64,000 bases of DNA from Candidatus Krumholzibacteriia bacterium (GTDB lineage Bacteria > Krumholzibacteriota > Krumholzibacteriia > Krumholzibacteriales > Krumholzibacteriaceae): the NCBI GenBank assembly GCA_963836185.1, contig CAWIIQ010000003.1:480001-544000 (forward strand), written 5' to 3'. The notes below the pieces were generated by a model. It was given only the letters and a program-made list of their open reading frames with translations. It did no database searches and was not told where the DNA came from. Of the stretch, positions 39,268 to 50,763 are shown in pieces (positions within the stretch are counted from its first letter, which is position 1; each line of letters starts with the position of its first letter). Made by a program: the position numbers and the translations under genes.

Positions 39268-40795
39268 TCTCCCACTCCTCGAAGATAGTGTCGGTTATCC
39301 GCCGAACCTGGCTGTGGTCGATGAACCACAATGGAAATCCGAAATGGAAGCTGTCATGCGGAATCTGTCGATGAGGTTCGCATTGGCTGTAGTATCCCGC
39401 ATAACCACCTGATACAAGTGTCCCCCTGAGAGCTATTGCCGCGTCATTGAGAGGAGACAGTATGTTGTACGTTCTCATGCGGTATGTCGGGGTGAAGCAT
39501 GGATGTGATTGAGCATTGATATGCTCCATGTAGTACGCCGGGTCGTATGCCTCGATATAAGTGAATCCTTGAGTATGCGGATTGAAGAAACAGTAGGGAC
39601 ATGTGACCGACTCGTCAAGGGTGAGAGTGTCAGGGAGATCAAGATCCAGTGCGCCTTCTGATCTGAGCGCCATCGTCATCGCATCCCTTTCGTACGATCG
39701 GATTACACCGTTCGGGAGGTCCGACCTGAAGACACCGATGACTTTGTCGATCACGGTCACGTAGTAGTCATCATGCGCCAGCGAGTACTTTGCGCGTTTT
39801 CTGTCGAAATCGTACGGACTCAGATTATCCAGAACAGAAGAGGGATAGAGAGGTTCATACGGGAAGATCTCGCTAAGCCCCCCTTCCCTGTCGGTTCTGC
39901 CGCAGGTCAGCGCGCTGCCGCCCGCTGCCAGAAACATCCTGAAGTTGTCCGGCATGAACATGTTACTGCTGTTCTGAGGCGCCGGATCGAACACGATCGT
40001 ATTCTTCCAGCAGGTATGCATGGAGCTGCTGTAGGTCCAGACGACATTTCTGTAATCCGCCAGGATCTCCAGTGGGACCGGGTCGTACAAGTTGTACTTG
40101 TCCGCCTCGTAAATATCTCTTGCCTGATCGAATCCCGGGGCCCTCGAGCAGATGCCGGTCCAGAATTCGTCGTGCTCGGCCTCACTCGGATTTGTCATGG
40201 CAGGTACATATCCCCCGAGCAGATAGTCGTCTATCCAGAGAAGGTCCCGTTCTCTTGTGAACGGGATCACCTCGAGTTCCACGCGTGCCCGGGTGACCTG
40301 TCCCGATATGCCTCTCGCTTCGACATAAAGGATGTGTATACCGGAGTTGAAAGACCGGGGCTCTGAGACCGTGGTGTTCGGGGACCACGGCCCGGACCAT
40401 TCGTCATCGTCTTCAAAGTCCTCTATATCCCAGCCGTACCTGAACATGATCGGACTGAGATATGGAGCCGATATATCGGAATCCCACTGGAACGAGAATT
40501 CGACCCCCGGCAGAATGGGCGTCGCCGGCACTATCAATGTGTTGATACCTATGAACCTGCCATGACCGAGTATCGGTTCCCATACATCGATGAAAGGTGG
40601 GGAAGAAATTGTCGTACTGCCCCCGGTGGTTTCGTCCGGCGCGGCGATCTCGTCGTCAGAGCATCCGGTGAGGACGAGGCATGCCGCGGCGAAGATGATG
40701 AACAGGGGGATAAAGACATACTTCGGGAAAATGTCGTCCAGCACGGCGGCGCGGGCCCTCCGTTCCGGAACTGCGGAAAAGTGTGTGAGTCTCAT
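39260..40795 (-). CDS. Hypothetical lipoprotein
   Basis: Lipobox LTGC; long ORF; RBS AAGGAG upstream of ATG 40795. Confidence 0.7.
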   Translation of the reverse strand: MRLTHFSAVPERRARAAVLDDIFPKYVFIPLFIIFAAACLVLTGCSDDEIAAPDETTGGSTTISSPPFIDVWEPILGHGRFIGINTLIVPATPILPGVEFSFQWDSDISAPYLSPIMFRYGWDIEDFEDDDEWSGPWSPNTTVSEPRSFNSGIHILYVEARGISGQVTRARVELEVIPFTRERDLLWIDDYLLGGYVPAMTNPSEAEHDEFWTGICSRAPGFDQARDIYEADKYNLYDPVPLEILADYRNVVWTYSSSMHTCWKNTIVFDPAPQNSSNMFMPDNFRMFLAAGGSALTCGRTDREGGLSEIFPYEPLYPSSVLDNLSPYDFDRKRAKYSLAHDDYYVTVIDKVIGVFRSDLPNGVIRSYERDAMTMALRSEGALDLDLPDTLTLDESVTCPYCFFNPHTQGFTYIEAYDPAYYMEHINAQSHPCFTPTYRMRTYNILSPLNDAAIALRGTLVSGGYAGYYSQCEPHRQIPHDSFHFGFPLWFIDHSQVRRITDTIFEEWEIR

Positions 40796-41053
40796 CTCAA
40801 TCTCTCCTTCCCGGTATCGGCGGGGTGGAGTGTGAGAGCGGGAGCGGTCAGTGGGTGATGAGAATGTGCGATCTGCTGTGGACCCCTCTATAAAAAGATA
40901 ACTACAGGGAGAAGGCTGGGCAAGGTGAAATCCCGCTTGTGGCCGGCGCTGCGGGTCCATCGCCAGGTCCGGTGTGCTGGACTGACCTTTGAAAATCTGA
41001 TAGAATCACTCTGCCTTGGGCGATCATTCTTCACATATGGAATCGGAGACAGC

Positions 41054-44000
41054 ATGAAGTCCATCGACGCCGATTTTTCCGGTCATATTGTCCCCAGTCC
41101 TGGTGGCGGCCCTTATAATGCTGTCTTTTACGGATGGTCCTTGCCCAGAAGACGATAGATGGAAATTTCTTTCCGGGTGAGTGGCTGACCTCGGTGGAGC
41201 TTCGCGCCGATAATACTGACAGGCCGTGGGCCGAGGACAACGACCTGATAAACCTCTACGTCGGCTGGGACCAGACCGATCTTTTCGTCGGAGTCGAGGG
41301 ATTCACCGGCAGCAATAACGTGTTTTTCATATACATCGACTCGAGCTCGAGACTGGTCGGTGCTGAGCAGAACGACTATTACCCGGGATTCAAGACACAG
41401 TCCGAGGGCTGGGACCCCGACTTCATCTACGCCGTAGTCGAGATGGAGAACGGTATCGGCGCCGATGTAAAAAGGATCATGGGTGACGGCAGTACCGTTT
41501 CGGTTCCGGGCGCCTTTCACGGTTCTAAATGGCCGCATAACAACTCCAATTTTATCGGAGGCTGGGAGATCTCGATTCCCTGGGCGGAGATAGGCGTTGC
41601 GGCCGGCGGTTCGGTCAAGGTGGCGGCCGGACTCGGCTGGGCGACGAACAGGCTGCTTCCGACAGCCCCTCTCGGGGGCGGGAGCGGGGACGAGCTTGGC
41701 GAAGACCTCGACGCCGACCTGCTCAGCCTCGACAACCCCGTTACTGTGATCTACGACTCGGACAACGACGGGATGCCCGATGATATCGTGGCGATGGCCG
41801 ATTCGGTCGACGTGAGGTTCGAGTTCGAGGCGCCGCCCGGCGCGACAACTGTCAACCTTGCCGGCACCTTCAACGCCTGGTGCGACAACGGCGGCACCAT
41901 CAATATCGATACCGCGATAGACCCCATGTCAGACGACGACATGGACGGGATATGGACTATAGACAGGAAACTCACCCAGTCGACCCACGAGTACAAGTTC
42001 GTCGTCAACACGAACCAGTGGTACTCCGATCCGAAGAATGTCCGGGTCTCGAATGACGGGTTCGGCAACTCGGTGCTGAAGGTCTTCAATCCCCTCGTAT
42101 ATCTGCTCGCTCCCCTTGACGGTAGCGATATCACCGACCCGACTCCGGTAATCGGATGTTACCTGGCCAAGGTGCGATACTTCGGCCTTTGACCTCGACA
42201 TGCTGCGGGTATACATCGGCGAGGAACTCGTCGGCTCCGGGCCTGGCCTGTACGACGAGGCGGCAAGGAAGGTGATCATTCCGGTTGATCGATCCGCTGC
42301 CTAACGGCGAGCATCTCGTCCATATAATCATCGGGAATGTGGGCGGCCCTTACTTCTACGACACCACGACATTCACCGTGGCGAACGATCCCGAACCACC
42401 CGTTATCTCGCACGTTCCGTTCTCTGGCGCGCCCCCGCGTCGAGCGATCTTCCCGTTACCGCGACGATCACCGATAACGACATCATCCAGTCAGCTGCCG
42501 TCTACTACCGCGCTGTCGGCGCTGAGCACCTGGCTGTCAGCCGAAATGCTCGAGGGACTCGAGGATCAGTGGACGGGGATCATTCCCGGCGAGGATCTTT
42601 CCTTCGGGACAACAATGGAATACTTCATCTCGGCCTCGGACAGGGTAAACACTACCCTCGACCCGACGTCCGGCACACACACATTCCCCGTCTGGATCGA
42701 CAGGGAGCCGCCTGTTATCGGCGAGCATTTCGCCTCACCGGCGGTGATCTCCCCCGGAGACGGCAGCGATGATGTCTCGAGGATATCGTTTCGCATCTAC
42801 GAGACAGTCTCTGTAAACCTCGAGATACTCGACCTTACCCAGATGCCGGGAACCCATATACGGACTCTTGCCTTTGAGGCGCAGATGAACGCCGGCTACC
42901 AAAGCTTTATCTGGAACGGCCGAAACGAGCAGAACGAGATCATGCCGGACGGCACGTACGCTTACAGGATAACGGGCGTAGACCTCGCCGGTAATCCGGC
43001 CGATCCGGTCGAGGGTTCGATCGAGATAGACCAGGCCGTTCCCCCGGGCAAGCTCAAGGTCGCGCTTCTTTTTCACGCCAACCAGAACCTCAATTACCAG
43101 GGCGACAGGGCGAACGATGTCTGTTTCAACGGGCTTCTCTCAGTGCTGAGGCAGCATCCCTCCTCGAAATTTATGATTCACTTCTCCGGCACATTGCTTC
43201 ATGACGTCCTCTGGTACGACTTCCGGAACAGCCCATCGACGATCCAGATGCTTCGCGACGGCGCTGCCGACGAACAGTTTGAGATCGTCGGTTCGACATA
43301 CTCGCAGAACATCCCTTACTCGACCGACATGTGGGACAACAAGGTCGAGATCGATGTGCACCGCGATGTCATCGAGAAATCTCTCGGTGTGAGCCCGACG
43401 GTCTTCTGGAACGCCGAGCGCTGCTGGAAGCAGCAGCTCGTGCCACTCTTTACGGAGGGGGGCTACGCGGCGACATGGATCGAGACCCATATCCTTATCG
43501 ACAGCGGCATGTCGTCATGGGAGCATATCGTCCGCCGGACCCGTCTCGGCGGGGATGAGATCATAGTCATCAACGACGATGGAGGGATGATCGGCAGGCT
43601 CGATTACGCGATCGATTCGGGGGATACCGGCCCTCTCGTCAACTATCTCTATAATCTCCATCTATCTGATGTCTATCGCGATTTCCTCGTTACTTACTGC
43701 CAGGACGCCGAAGCTACAGGGCTATGGGACTACGATGCCGGATACGACCCGCAGGATGACTGGGACAACCTCGATGCCGTGCTGACGGAGCTCGAGTCCT
43801 ACGACTGGCTCGACATCACGACTATCTCGGAGTACCTCAAGACCCGCCATCCGACCGAGATGATCGAGCCTGTTGTCGATGGACAGGCCGAATGGATGAT
43901 CGGGCCGTCTCAGTCCGACGGCTGGGACGACTGGTTCGACTACAACGCGAACTCGCCGCTCGTCAATCACTACCGCGGCTATTACTCGACCGTCAGGGCG

Positions 44001-45323
44001 AGGATACAGGAGGTGCAGGCCGGCAAGGTCCCGGGGACGGCGGCGCACAACCTTATCGAGCATGCCCTTCGCAGCTTTGCCGCTCACCAGTTCGAGTTCG
44101 GCTGTATAGGCTGCGGCCAGATGTATTGCCAGGACTGGCAGAAGATGGAGACCCTCGAGGCGGCGCTGCTCGCGGCTGAATACGCGTCGACGCCTGTCAC
44201 GGACCCCGAGTTTCCCTCGATCGATGTCAACGGTGACGCGGTCGACGAGATCGCGATGATAACCGACGATGATTTCCTTGCCTTCACTCCATACGGCGGA
44301 AGGCTTCTCTACTGGTACGACCTCGAAGCGGGCGAGCAGCTGGTAGGCAATGAGATATTCATGTGGGGATATTATTATCTCCCGTACCGCGAGCACTGGA
44401 CAGGTCCCGGGTACAATGACGACTACCACTACATGCAGGACTTCGAATGGAACGCCCCGTACTACTTTCCGTCGGCTATACCTTATCAGCGTTTCTACGC
44501 GATCAGAAAGAAAGCGCTCAGTGAGTTCCTGTCGGTCAATGGGGTGGAGCAGGTCCAGCTGCTCGACGATTTCCAGTCGGTTTCGCTGACCGGGGATACC
44601 CTGACGTTCGGCCATATAGATACGGATTTCAGGTACGCAAGGGAAGTCTGGCCGATAGAGGACGGAATAGCGGTGAGATATACGATGCAGAACACGAGCG
44701 GCACGACCAGGAGCTTCGAGCACCGCATTGAGAACAGCCTCTGCCCGACGCTTCTTGAGGCGATGGACGGCGGCCGCGAGGCCCTCAAGTACTGGAACGG
44801 GTCTGATACGTCGTCGGTGATCGGGCCGTCAGACATAGGAGTCATGAACGTTATCTCCAGCGCGACTGTACAGTTTGCCTTTTCTCCCCAGCCCGACGGG
44901 CTGTCAGGAGGCATAGACGTATTCGCGCTTCGTTATGATCCGGTCTATGTTTACGAGCTGGGATCCGGCGAGTCGAAGAGTTACTCGTTCGAGATGACGA
45001 GGACTCGCGACATTTCGACAGGCGGCGGGCCCGGGACACCTGTCCTTCGAAGGGACCTGCACCGCAACTATCCCAACCCCTTCAATCCATCGACGGTCGT
45101 GAGCTTTACCGTTCCGAAGTGGGAAAAGGTCGAGGTGAGAGTCTACGACGTTTCGGGCAGGTTCGTCAGGACACTTGCCGACGGGACCTTCGAGCCGGGG
45201 ACTCATTCGATTTCGTGGGACGGAACGAACGAGGGCGGCAGAGATGTCGGGAGCGGAGTCTACTTCTGCAGGATGAAAGCCGCAGGGTTCTCAAAGACCA
45301 GAAAACTCGTTCTGATCAGGTGA
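41054..45323 (+). CDS. Large secreted glycoside hydrolase family 57 with CBM48-like and FlgD-Ig domains and a C-terminal sorting domain; several frameshifts between 41060 and 42530
   Basis: GH57 regions LFHANQ, EIVGSTYSQ, FWNAERCW (nucleophile Glu), CQDAE (acid/base Asp); CBM48 VNLAGTFNAW...EYKFVVN..W..DP; NYPNPFNP CTD. Confidence 0.82.
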
Positions 45324-45340
45324 GTTGGGTATGGCGAGGG

Positions 45341-46894
45341 TCAATGCCACCCGACAGGCTCCATGACATTCTGTCCCGTCTGTTCCTTGAGATACCACCC
45401 GACAGGTTCTCTGGCATACTGTCCCGGCGGTTCCTTGACATACTGCTCCATGTGCTTCTTCCCGTAGGTCCTCTCTGCCTCGAGCCGGTTGTGCTTCCCG
45501 CAGAGCAGCCTGAGATTCTCCGGAGAGTTGTCCCCGCCCCTGGCAAAGGGGACCTTGTGGTCTATCTGCAGGTCCCAGGTAGACCCGCACCTCCTGCCGC
45601 CGGGGGAGACAAAGGAACATCGTCCCCTGTCCCTGGCGTATACCTCGTCACGGACCTTCCGGGGGATATGACGGGAGACCTCTTTCTTGCGCGGATCGCC
45701 CGAGGCAATATCCGAGAGTCTTTCATGTCTCTTCGAACCGCCGGCAGCATTACCAGAGTTCTTTTCATGTCTCTTCGCACCGCACGTAGCCGAAGATCTC
45801 TTCGTCTTCTTCGAAGCTCCCGCTGGCTTACAGGTCCCAGGGTTACCCTTCGATTTCCTTTCGGCCCTCTTCTCCCGCTTCTCTTTTCTCCTGATCCTGC
45901 CCTCAGGGCTGTGTCTTTCGATGTACTCGTCCATCAGAAGAGAGAAGAGCTCGCCAAGCTCAAGATGCCTGTGATACTTCGAGGAGAGAAGAGAACGGAC
46001 CCTCTCGACCTTTCGCATGAAGTCGGGGTCCGCTCCGAACGTGACCTTCAGCCTCTCCTCGAAAACCACTGTCTGCGCGGCGAAGGGCCTGCTGCCAGTA
46101 TCAGGGCTGGCTGCCGGCCCTTCGCCGCTGCCAGCTCTGCTCCCCTTCGAAGTGGCAGGATCTTTACCGCCACCGGTGGCGGTGGAGAATTTACCACCCC
46201 CGTCTAATGTGTTGTCTCTGAAGCTGTTGCCATCGTTCGTCTTGTCTCCGTCACTCTTACGGTCGCCCGTCTTATCTCCGTCACTCATGCAAGCGCCATC
46301 TCGGACCTCGAGCAGAGTTTTTACATATACCGGGGTGACCCTGTCTCTGATAGCGCTCTTAGGCCTGCGGCTGCTGACAAGAAGCTCGACCTCCCTTTTC
46401 GAGGCTCCCTCTATCCGGCAGAGAAGATCAGAGACATTCTCCGGGGTCATGATCCTGGCGATCATCGCGAGGTTGGTCATGCTGACCTTCCCGCAGGAGA
46501 GGGCTCCGTAGACTGCCGGGTAGTCCCTGATGCACCTGGCGATACTTATCCTCCTGCCGGCCGTGGACTCGGAGTATCCGAGACGCTCTGTGCAGAACTC
46601 ATAGAGAGAGCTGAAGCCGAGAGGAAGATAGAGCTTTCTTCTGTCTATCTCGATCAGGTGGACGAGGATAGAAAGCACGGTCTTTCTCTCAGTCTCAGAG
46701 AGCTTGCGGATACCGGACAGAAGGGCCCTGTTTGAGACACCTTTGAGGGCTTTTACTTCCGGGATGGCTTTGGGGATGCCACTGACTGCGGCAGCGCCTT
46801 TTCTGGGCCTGGCATCGGCATTGCTTTTGGCTCTGTTCATTGCGTCTGTGGATCTACTGCTGGAACGGATCGAGCTCTTCGTCGTCCTCATCAT
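45341..46894 (-). CDS. HNH endonuclease with DUF222-like helical N-terminus
   Basis: LIEIDRRKLY..LGFSSLYEFC...LGYSE..A.RRI; RHIP..VR..V..RD.GRC...C.....LQIDH..PFA.GG.....NLRLLC..HN. Confidence 0.85.
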   Translation of the reverse strand: MMRTTKSSIRSSSRSTDAMNRAKSNADARPRKGAAAVSGIPKAIPEVKALKGVSNRALLSGIRKLSETERKTVLSILVHLIEIDRRKLYLPLGFSSLYEFCTERLGYSESTAGRRISIARCIRDYPAVYGALSCGKVSMTNLAMIARIMTPENVSDLLCRIEGASKREVELLVSSRRPKSAIRDRVTPVYVKTLLEVRDGACMSDGDKTGDRKSDGDKTNDGNSFRDNTLDGGGKFSTATGGGKDPATSKGSRAGSGEGPAASPDTGSRPFAAQTVVFEERLKVTFGADPDFMRKVERVRSLLSSKYHRHLELGELFSLLMDEYIERHSPEGRIRRKEKREKRAERKSKGNPGTCKPAGASKKTKRSSATCGAKRHEKNSGNAAGGSKRHERLSDIASGDPRKKEVSRHIPRKVRDEVYARDRGRCSFVSPGGRRCGSTWDLQIDHKVPFARGGDNSPENLRLLCGKHNRLEAERTYGKKHMEQYVKEPPGQYAREPVGWYLKEQTGQNVMEPVGWH

Positions 46895-47201
46895 CGTCAC
46901 CTCCGGGTGAGATCAGGCTATTTATCTCTGCCCCCCATTTGCCCTCTCCATCTGAGGACATTATAACACGGATTTTGGCGGTAAAACAGGTGGCCCGAGG
47001 CGCCTCGACGGGGGCCGGGATGAGCCGGATGTCTCGATCTTCGAGAGAGGCGAAGAGAGGGGCGCTGAGGTCCGCCTGGCGGCGTAATCTACGGCGGGCA
47101 CGCAGGTTGGGGAATCGGGCCCTGAAAAGCCGTCAAGGATTATTTTTGGTTTTTGGGGGATTATTTTAAGATATTCTGGGAATTTGAGCGATTGAAAATA
47201 G

Positions 47202-47262
47202 TCCGATGCAGTCCATTCCGCCGAAACCAGATCCGATGAAATCCAGTCCGCTTAAAACCGAA
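47202..47262 (+). repeat. Imperfect ~30-bp tandem duplication
   Basis: TCCGATGCAGTCCATTCCGCCGAAACC / TCCGATGAAATCCAGTCCGCTTAAAACC. Confidence 0.55.
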
Positions 47263-47278
47263 GCAGATGAGAGCTGCC

Positions 47279-48199
47279 CTACCCTGACTGGCCCCCCTTG
47301 CGTGCAAAGATCATGTAATGGAAGTTGTGGTACCTGCGGACGCGCCCGTTCGATGAGAACTTTTCGTAAAGCGACAGGCCCGCCCTGCCCGTATTGGGGT
47401 AAGAGTCAAGCGGTACAGCCTCGATATCCTCTAATCCCGACATTTCCAGCAAACGCATCGATTCGAAGACATCGGTGGGAAACTCGTACGTCGCCGGGCG
47501 GTGTTTTGACCCCTTCATCTTATGCCAGCTCTCACGCAGCGCTCCGTGCAGCTGTCTCGGCATCATCTTCGACTTCCAGAACTGTGTAATTCCCCAGGCG
47601 TTGATGTCCTCGAGAAAGAGCATCCCGCCCGGCCGGAGGATCCTGGCGAACGAATCGAATATCGCCGCGAGTCTTTCCGGTTCGTGATGGATCAGGTCGA
47701 TGCAGCAGATCGCGTCGAAAGCCTCGTCCCGGAAAGGAAGCGCATGCACCGCGCCGGTGACGTTGAACCGGGAGCCGTATTCATTGCGCATTTTCTCGAG
47801 AAGCGAACACATCAGGTCGAAGGCCACGAGGGTGTTGCCGCCGGCGAGCTCGAGGAAACTGGTATCTACTCCGCAGCCTATGTTGACTATGGTTTTCCCG
47901 GTACCGACCCTCTCCCGGACAAAATCCCAGTACTCCTTCTTCGATAGTTTCCATTGTTCCTCAGACAGGCCGTCTTTCTCCGAATCCGGCTCATCGGTCA
48001 TCAGCTCTCCGAGCTTCTCTTCCTCGGCCAGATGCTCGAGGTCGATACCATCCGGCATCAGTACCGGGATGCCGCCGCGCACCTCATACTGTGTCCCGCA
48101 CGAGAAACATGTCAGGGAGAAATCGCCCGGGCCGAGCTCTCCGCCGCATCGCGGGCAGGCGAGAAGGTCGAGCAGCTTGTCTTCAATAACCGGCGTCAT
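47279..48199 (-). CDS. Trm112-like zinc-ribbon fused to a class I SAM methyltransferase
   Basis: LLACPRC...LTCFSC...Y.V.GGIPVL; VNIGCG, LPFRDEAFD, IHH, RILRPGG. Confidence 0.82.
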   Translation of the reverse strand: MTPVIEDKLLDLLACPRCGGELGPGDFSLTCFSCGTQYEVRGGIPVLMPDGIDLEHLAEEEKLGELMTDEPDSEKDGLSEEQWKLSKKEYWDFVRERVGTGKTIVNIGCGVDTSFLELAGGNTLVAFDLMCSLLEKMRNEYGSRFNVTGAVHALPFRDEAFDAICCIDLIHHEPERLAAIFDSFARILRPGGMLFLEDINAWGITQFWKSKMMPRQLHGALRESWHKMKGSKHRPATYEFPTDVFESMRLLEMSGLEDIEAVPLDSYPNTGRAGLSLYEKFSSNGRVRRYHNFHYMIFARKGGQSG

Positions 48200-48336
48200 G
48201 TGCGTTCACCTTTCATCGTTTCATTATAGACTATGGAGCGCTTTCTTGACAGCGGCTTTCGCCCGTGATAGCGTCTGCAGTTCGAGACAACTACTCACCG
48301 GCCCGTCCGGGCCGCTTATCATCGGAGGCTCGCTAT

Positions 48337-49515
48337 ATGGATATCAAGGCGATACAGGACGCTCTCGAAGACAAGGGGATCGACGGCTGGCTGCTCTACG
48401 ACTTCCACAACCGCGACCATCTCGCGTATAGGATCCTCGATATGGATTTCGAGAAGATGACATCGCGCCGGTGGTTTTATTTCATCCCCGTCACCGGCGA
48501 GCCGATCAGGCTGGCGCACCGGGTCGAGCCGAAGAAGCTAGATTCTCTGCCGGGAAAGCTCGAGTACTATCATCCATGGGTCGAGCTTCACGCGAAGCTC
48601 AAGGAGATACTTGGTGAACCGAAGACGATCGCGATGCAGTACTCTCCCCTCTGCAACATCCCCTACACGTCGATAGTGGACGGAGGGACGATCGAGCTTA
48701 TCCGCTCGTTCGGTCACGAGGTCGTCTCTTCTGCCGACCTGGTCCAGCTCTTCGAGGCGATCATCGACGAGGAAGGGTATCAGAGCCACCTCAAGGCATG
48801 CGACATCATCCAGAAAATCAAGGACGAAGCGTTCGCACTTATCGGCAAGGCTATAGCCGAGGGCAGCAAGCTGACAGAGTACGACGTGGCGAAGTTCATC
48901 CTCGACAGGTTCAAGGAGGACGGGATCGATCCCGGTCACGATATCCCCATCGTCGGGATCAACGACCATCCGGCGAATCCGCACTTCGAGCCGACTCCAG
49001 AGGGTTCCTACGAGTTCAAGAAGGGCGACATGGTCCTTATAGACCTGTGGGGCAAACTGGACAAGCCGGGTTCGATCTTCTACGACATAACCTGGTGCGG
49101 ATACATCGGGGACGATCCGCCGGCGAAGTACGTCGAGATATTCGAGACGGTCCGTGACGCGCGCATAGCGGCGGTCGAGTTCGTGCGCAAGGCCTTCGCC
49201 GAGGGCAGGCCGGTCTACGGCTGGGAAGTAGACGACGCCTGCAGGAACGTCGTGAAAGAGCGCGGGTATGGCGATTACTTCATCCACCGCACGGGGCACT
49301 CGATCGGTGAAGAGGTGCACGGCAACGGTGTACACATCGACAACCTCGAGACGAAAGACGAGCGGCAGCTCGTCCCAGGTATCTGTTTCTCGATAGAGCC
49401 GGGCATCTATCTCGAGGGAGAGATGGCCGCACGAAGCGAGATCGATCTCTTTATCACCCTGGACGGCGAGGTCGTCGTTGCGGGCGATGAGCAGATGGAG
49501 CTGATAAAGATCTAG
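48337..49515 (+). CDS. M24 family Xaa-Pro aminopeptidase
   Basis: PHF, LIDLW, YDITW, HRTGHSIG, FSIEPGIY, RSE. Confidence 0.9.
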   Translation: MDIKAIQDALEDKGIDGWLLYDFHNRDHLAYRILDMDFEKMTSRRWFYFIPVTGEPIRLAHRVEPKKLDSLPGKLEYYHPWVELHAKLKEILGEPKTIAMQYSPLCNIPYTSIVDGGTIELIRSFGHEVVSSADLVQLFEAIIDEEGYQSHLKACDIIQKIKDEAFALIGKAIAEGSKLTEYDVAKFILDRFKEDGIDPGHDIPIVGINDHPANPHFEPTPEGSYEFKKGDMVLIDLWGKLDKPGSIFYDITWCGYIGDDPPAKYVEIFETVRDARIAAVEFVRKAFAEGRPVYGWEVDDACRNVVKERGYGDYFIHRTGHSIGEEVHGNGVHIDNLETKDERQLVPGICFSIEPGIYLEGEMAARSEIDLFITLDGEVVVAGDEQMELIKI

Positions 49516-49545
49516 CCGGCTGATATCGGCGGGCAGGGATGTTCG

Positions 49546-49575
49546 AAGGCCGGCCCTCAGCGGGCCGGCCTTTTT
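49546..49575 (+). terminator. Intrinsic terminator
   Basis: AAGGCCGGCCC-TCAGC-GGGCCGGCCTT followed by TTT. Confidence 0.85.
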
Positions 49576-49589
49576 AAGGACCGGAGAGC

Positions 49590-50282
49590 GTGATGTCGAT
49601 CACTGAAAACTGGAAATTGGTAAACGAGAGGGTTGCCGAAGCGGCCGTAAAGGCCGGCAGGGATCCGTCAGATGTGACGATCATCGCTGTGACGAAGACT
49701 CATCCGGCGGAGACGGTCGAGACCGCACTGGCCGCCGGCGTGACCGATGTCGGCGAGAACCGCGTCCAGGAGTTCCTCTCGAAGGAGTCCGGGGTGACTT
49801 CGCCATGCCGATGGCACCTCATCGGCCACCTGCAGACCAACAAGGTGAACAAGGCTATCGGGAAGTTCGCGATGATCCATTCGGTCGATTCGCTGAAACT
49901 CGCTGAAAAGATAAGCAGCGCCGGCGAGCGCGAGGGTGTCGCGACAGATATCCTCGTCGAGGTAAACACGAGCGGTGAAGAGTCGAAGTTCGGGCTCGAG
50001 ACAGACAGCACGTTAGAGCTCTGCGCCGGGATCGCGGATCTCCCAGCGCTGAATCTCCGCGGGCTGATGACAGTCGGCCCGTGGGTCGACGACAAGGCCA
50101 TCCTCTCGAAAGCGTTCGGTTCTCTCCGTCTTCTGGGCGAGAAAATCGATGCGGCGGGTATAAGCGGCATATCAATGGAGCACCTCTCCATGGGGATGAC
50201 TGACGATTTCGAGATCGCTATCGCCGAGGGATCGACGATAGTGAGACTCGGGAGAGTGATATTCGGGGCGCGGCGGCTGTGA
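49590..50282 (+). CDS. yggS: PLP homeostasis protein YggS
   Basis: AVTKT, GENRVQE, WHLIGHLQTNK, SMGMTDDF, GSTIVRLG..IFG. Confidence 0.95.
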   Translation: MMSITENWKLVNERVAEAAVKAGRDPSDVTIIAVTKTHPAETVETALAAGVTDVGENRVQEFLSKESGVTSPCRWHLIGHLQTNKVNKAIGKFAMIHSVDSLKLAEKISSAGEREGVATDILVEVNTSGEESKFGLETDSTLELCAGIADLPALNLRGLMTVGPWVDDKAILSKAFGSLRLLGEKIDAAGISGISMEHLSMGMTDDFEIAIAEGSTIVRLGRVIFGARRL

Positions 50283-50385
50283 CAGAAAAACGGCCAGAGG
50301 ATCCGGTGAACGGTCGGAAGGATTCCGGCAGCATGATTCGAGCGCCAGGCAAGCGATGCCGTAACAGGCAGAAATAAAGTGAGTT

Positions 50386-50646
50386 ATGGGATATTTTGTC
50401 TCTGACACGGTTGGTCTGATAATTGCATTTCTCAACACGTTAACATTTCTGGTGTTGCTGTATATGTTTCTGCAGCTCGTCGGAGGGCCGGACAGCAAGG
50501 TTTACATGGCTCTCGACCGCATATTCTCACCGGTACTGAACCCGGCCAGGCGGCTGCTTAAACGAAAAGGATTCGACGCGTCGCCGCTGATTCTGGCGGC
50601 GGTGTTCCAGCTGGTCGCGCTGGTGATCAGAAAAAACTGGGTTTGA
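50386..50646 (+). CDS. yggT: YggT family membrane protein
   Basis: P.LNP.RR....DASPLI; position in the ygg cluster. Confidence 0.8.
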   Translation: MGYFVSDTVGLIIAFLNTLTFLVLLYMFLQLVGGPDSKVYMALDRIFSPVLNPARRLLKRKGFDASPLILAAVFQLVALVIRKNWV

Positions 50647-50763
50647 ACCGACAGCAACGGCGTGGTAAAGATTCGGTAGCGAAAACGATGAGCCCGGGGA
50701 GGCAACGGACCGACGGGCAGGAAAAGGAAGACCGGCCGCGGTCCGACAAGAGGAGGCAGACTA

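Noticed and set aside
46981-46994. 14-bp match GTAAAACAGGTGGC to the tmRNA interior near 8268
   Set aside because: Matches of this length are expected by chance in 64 kb; it is not the att-forming 3' end and does not extend.
47202-47262. Possible mini CRISPR array
   Set aside because: Only two degenerate adjacent copies, no spacers and no cas genes.
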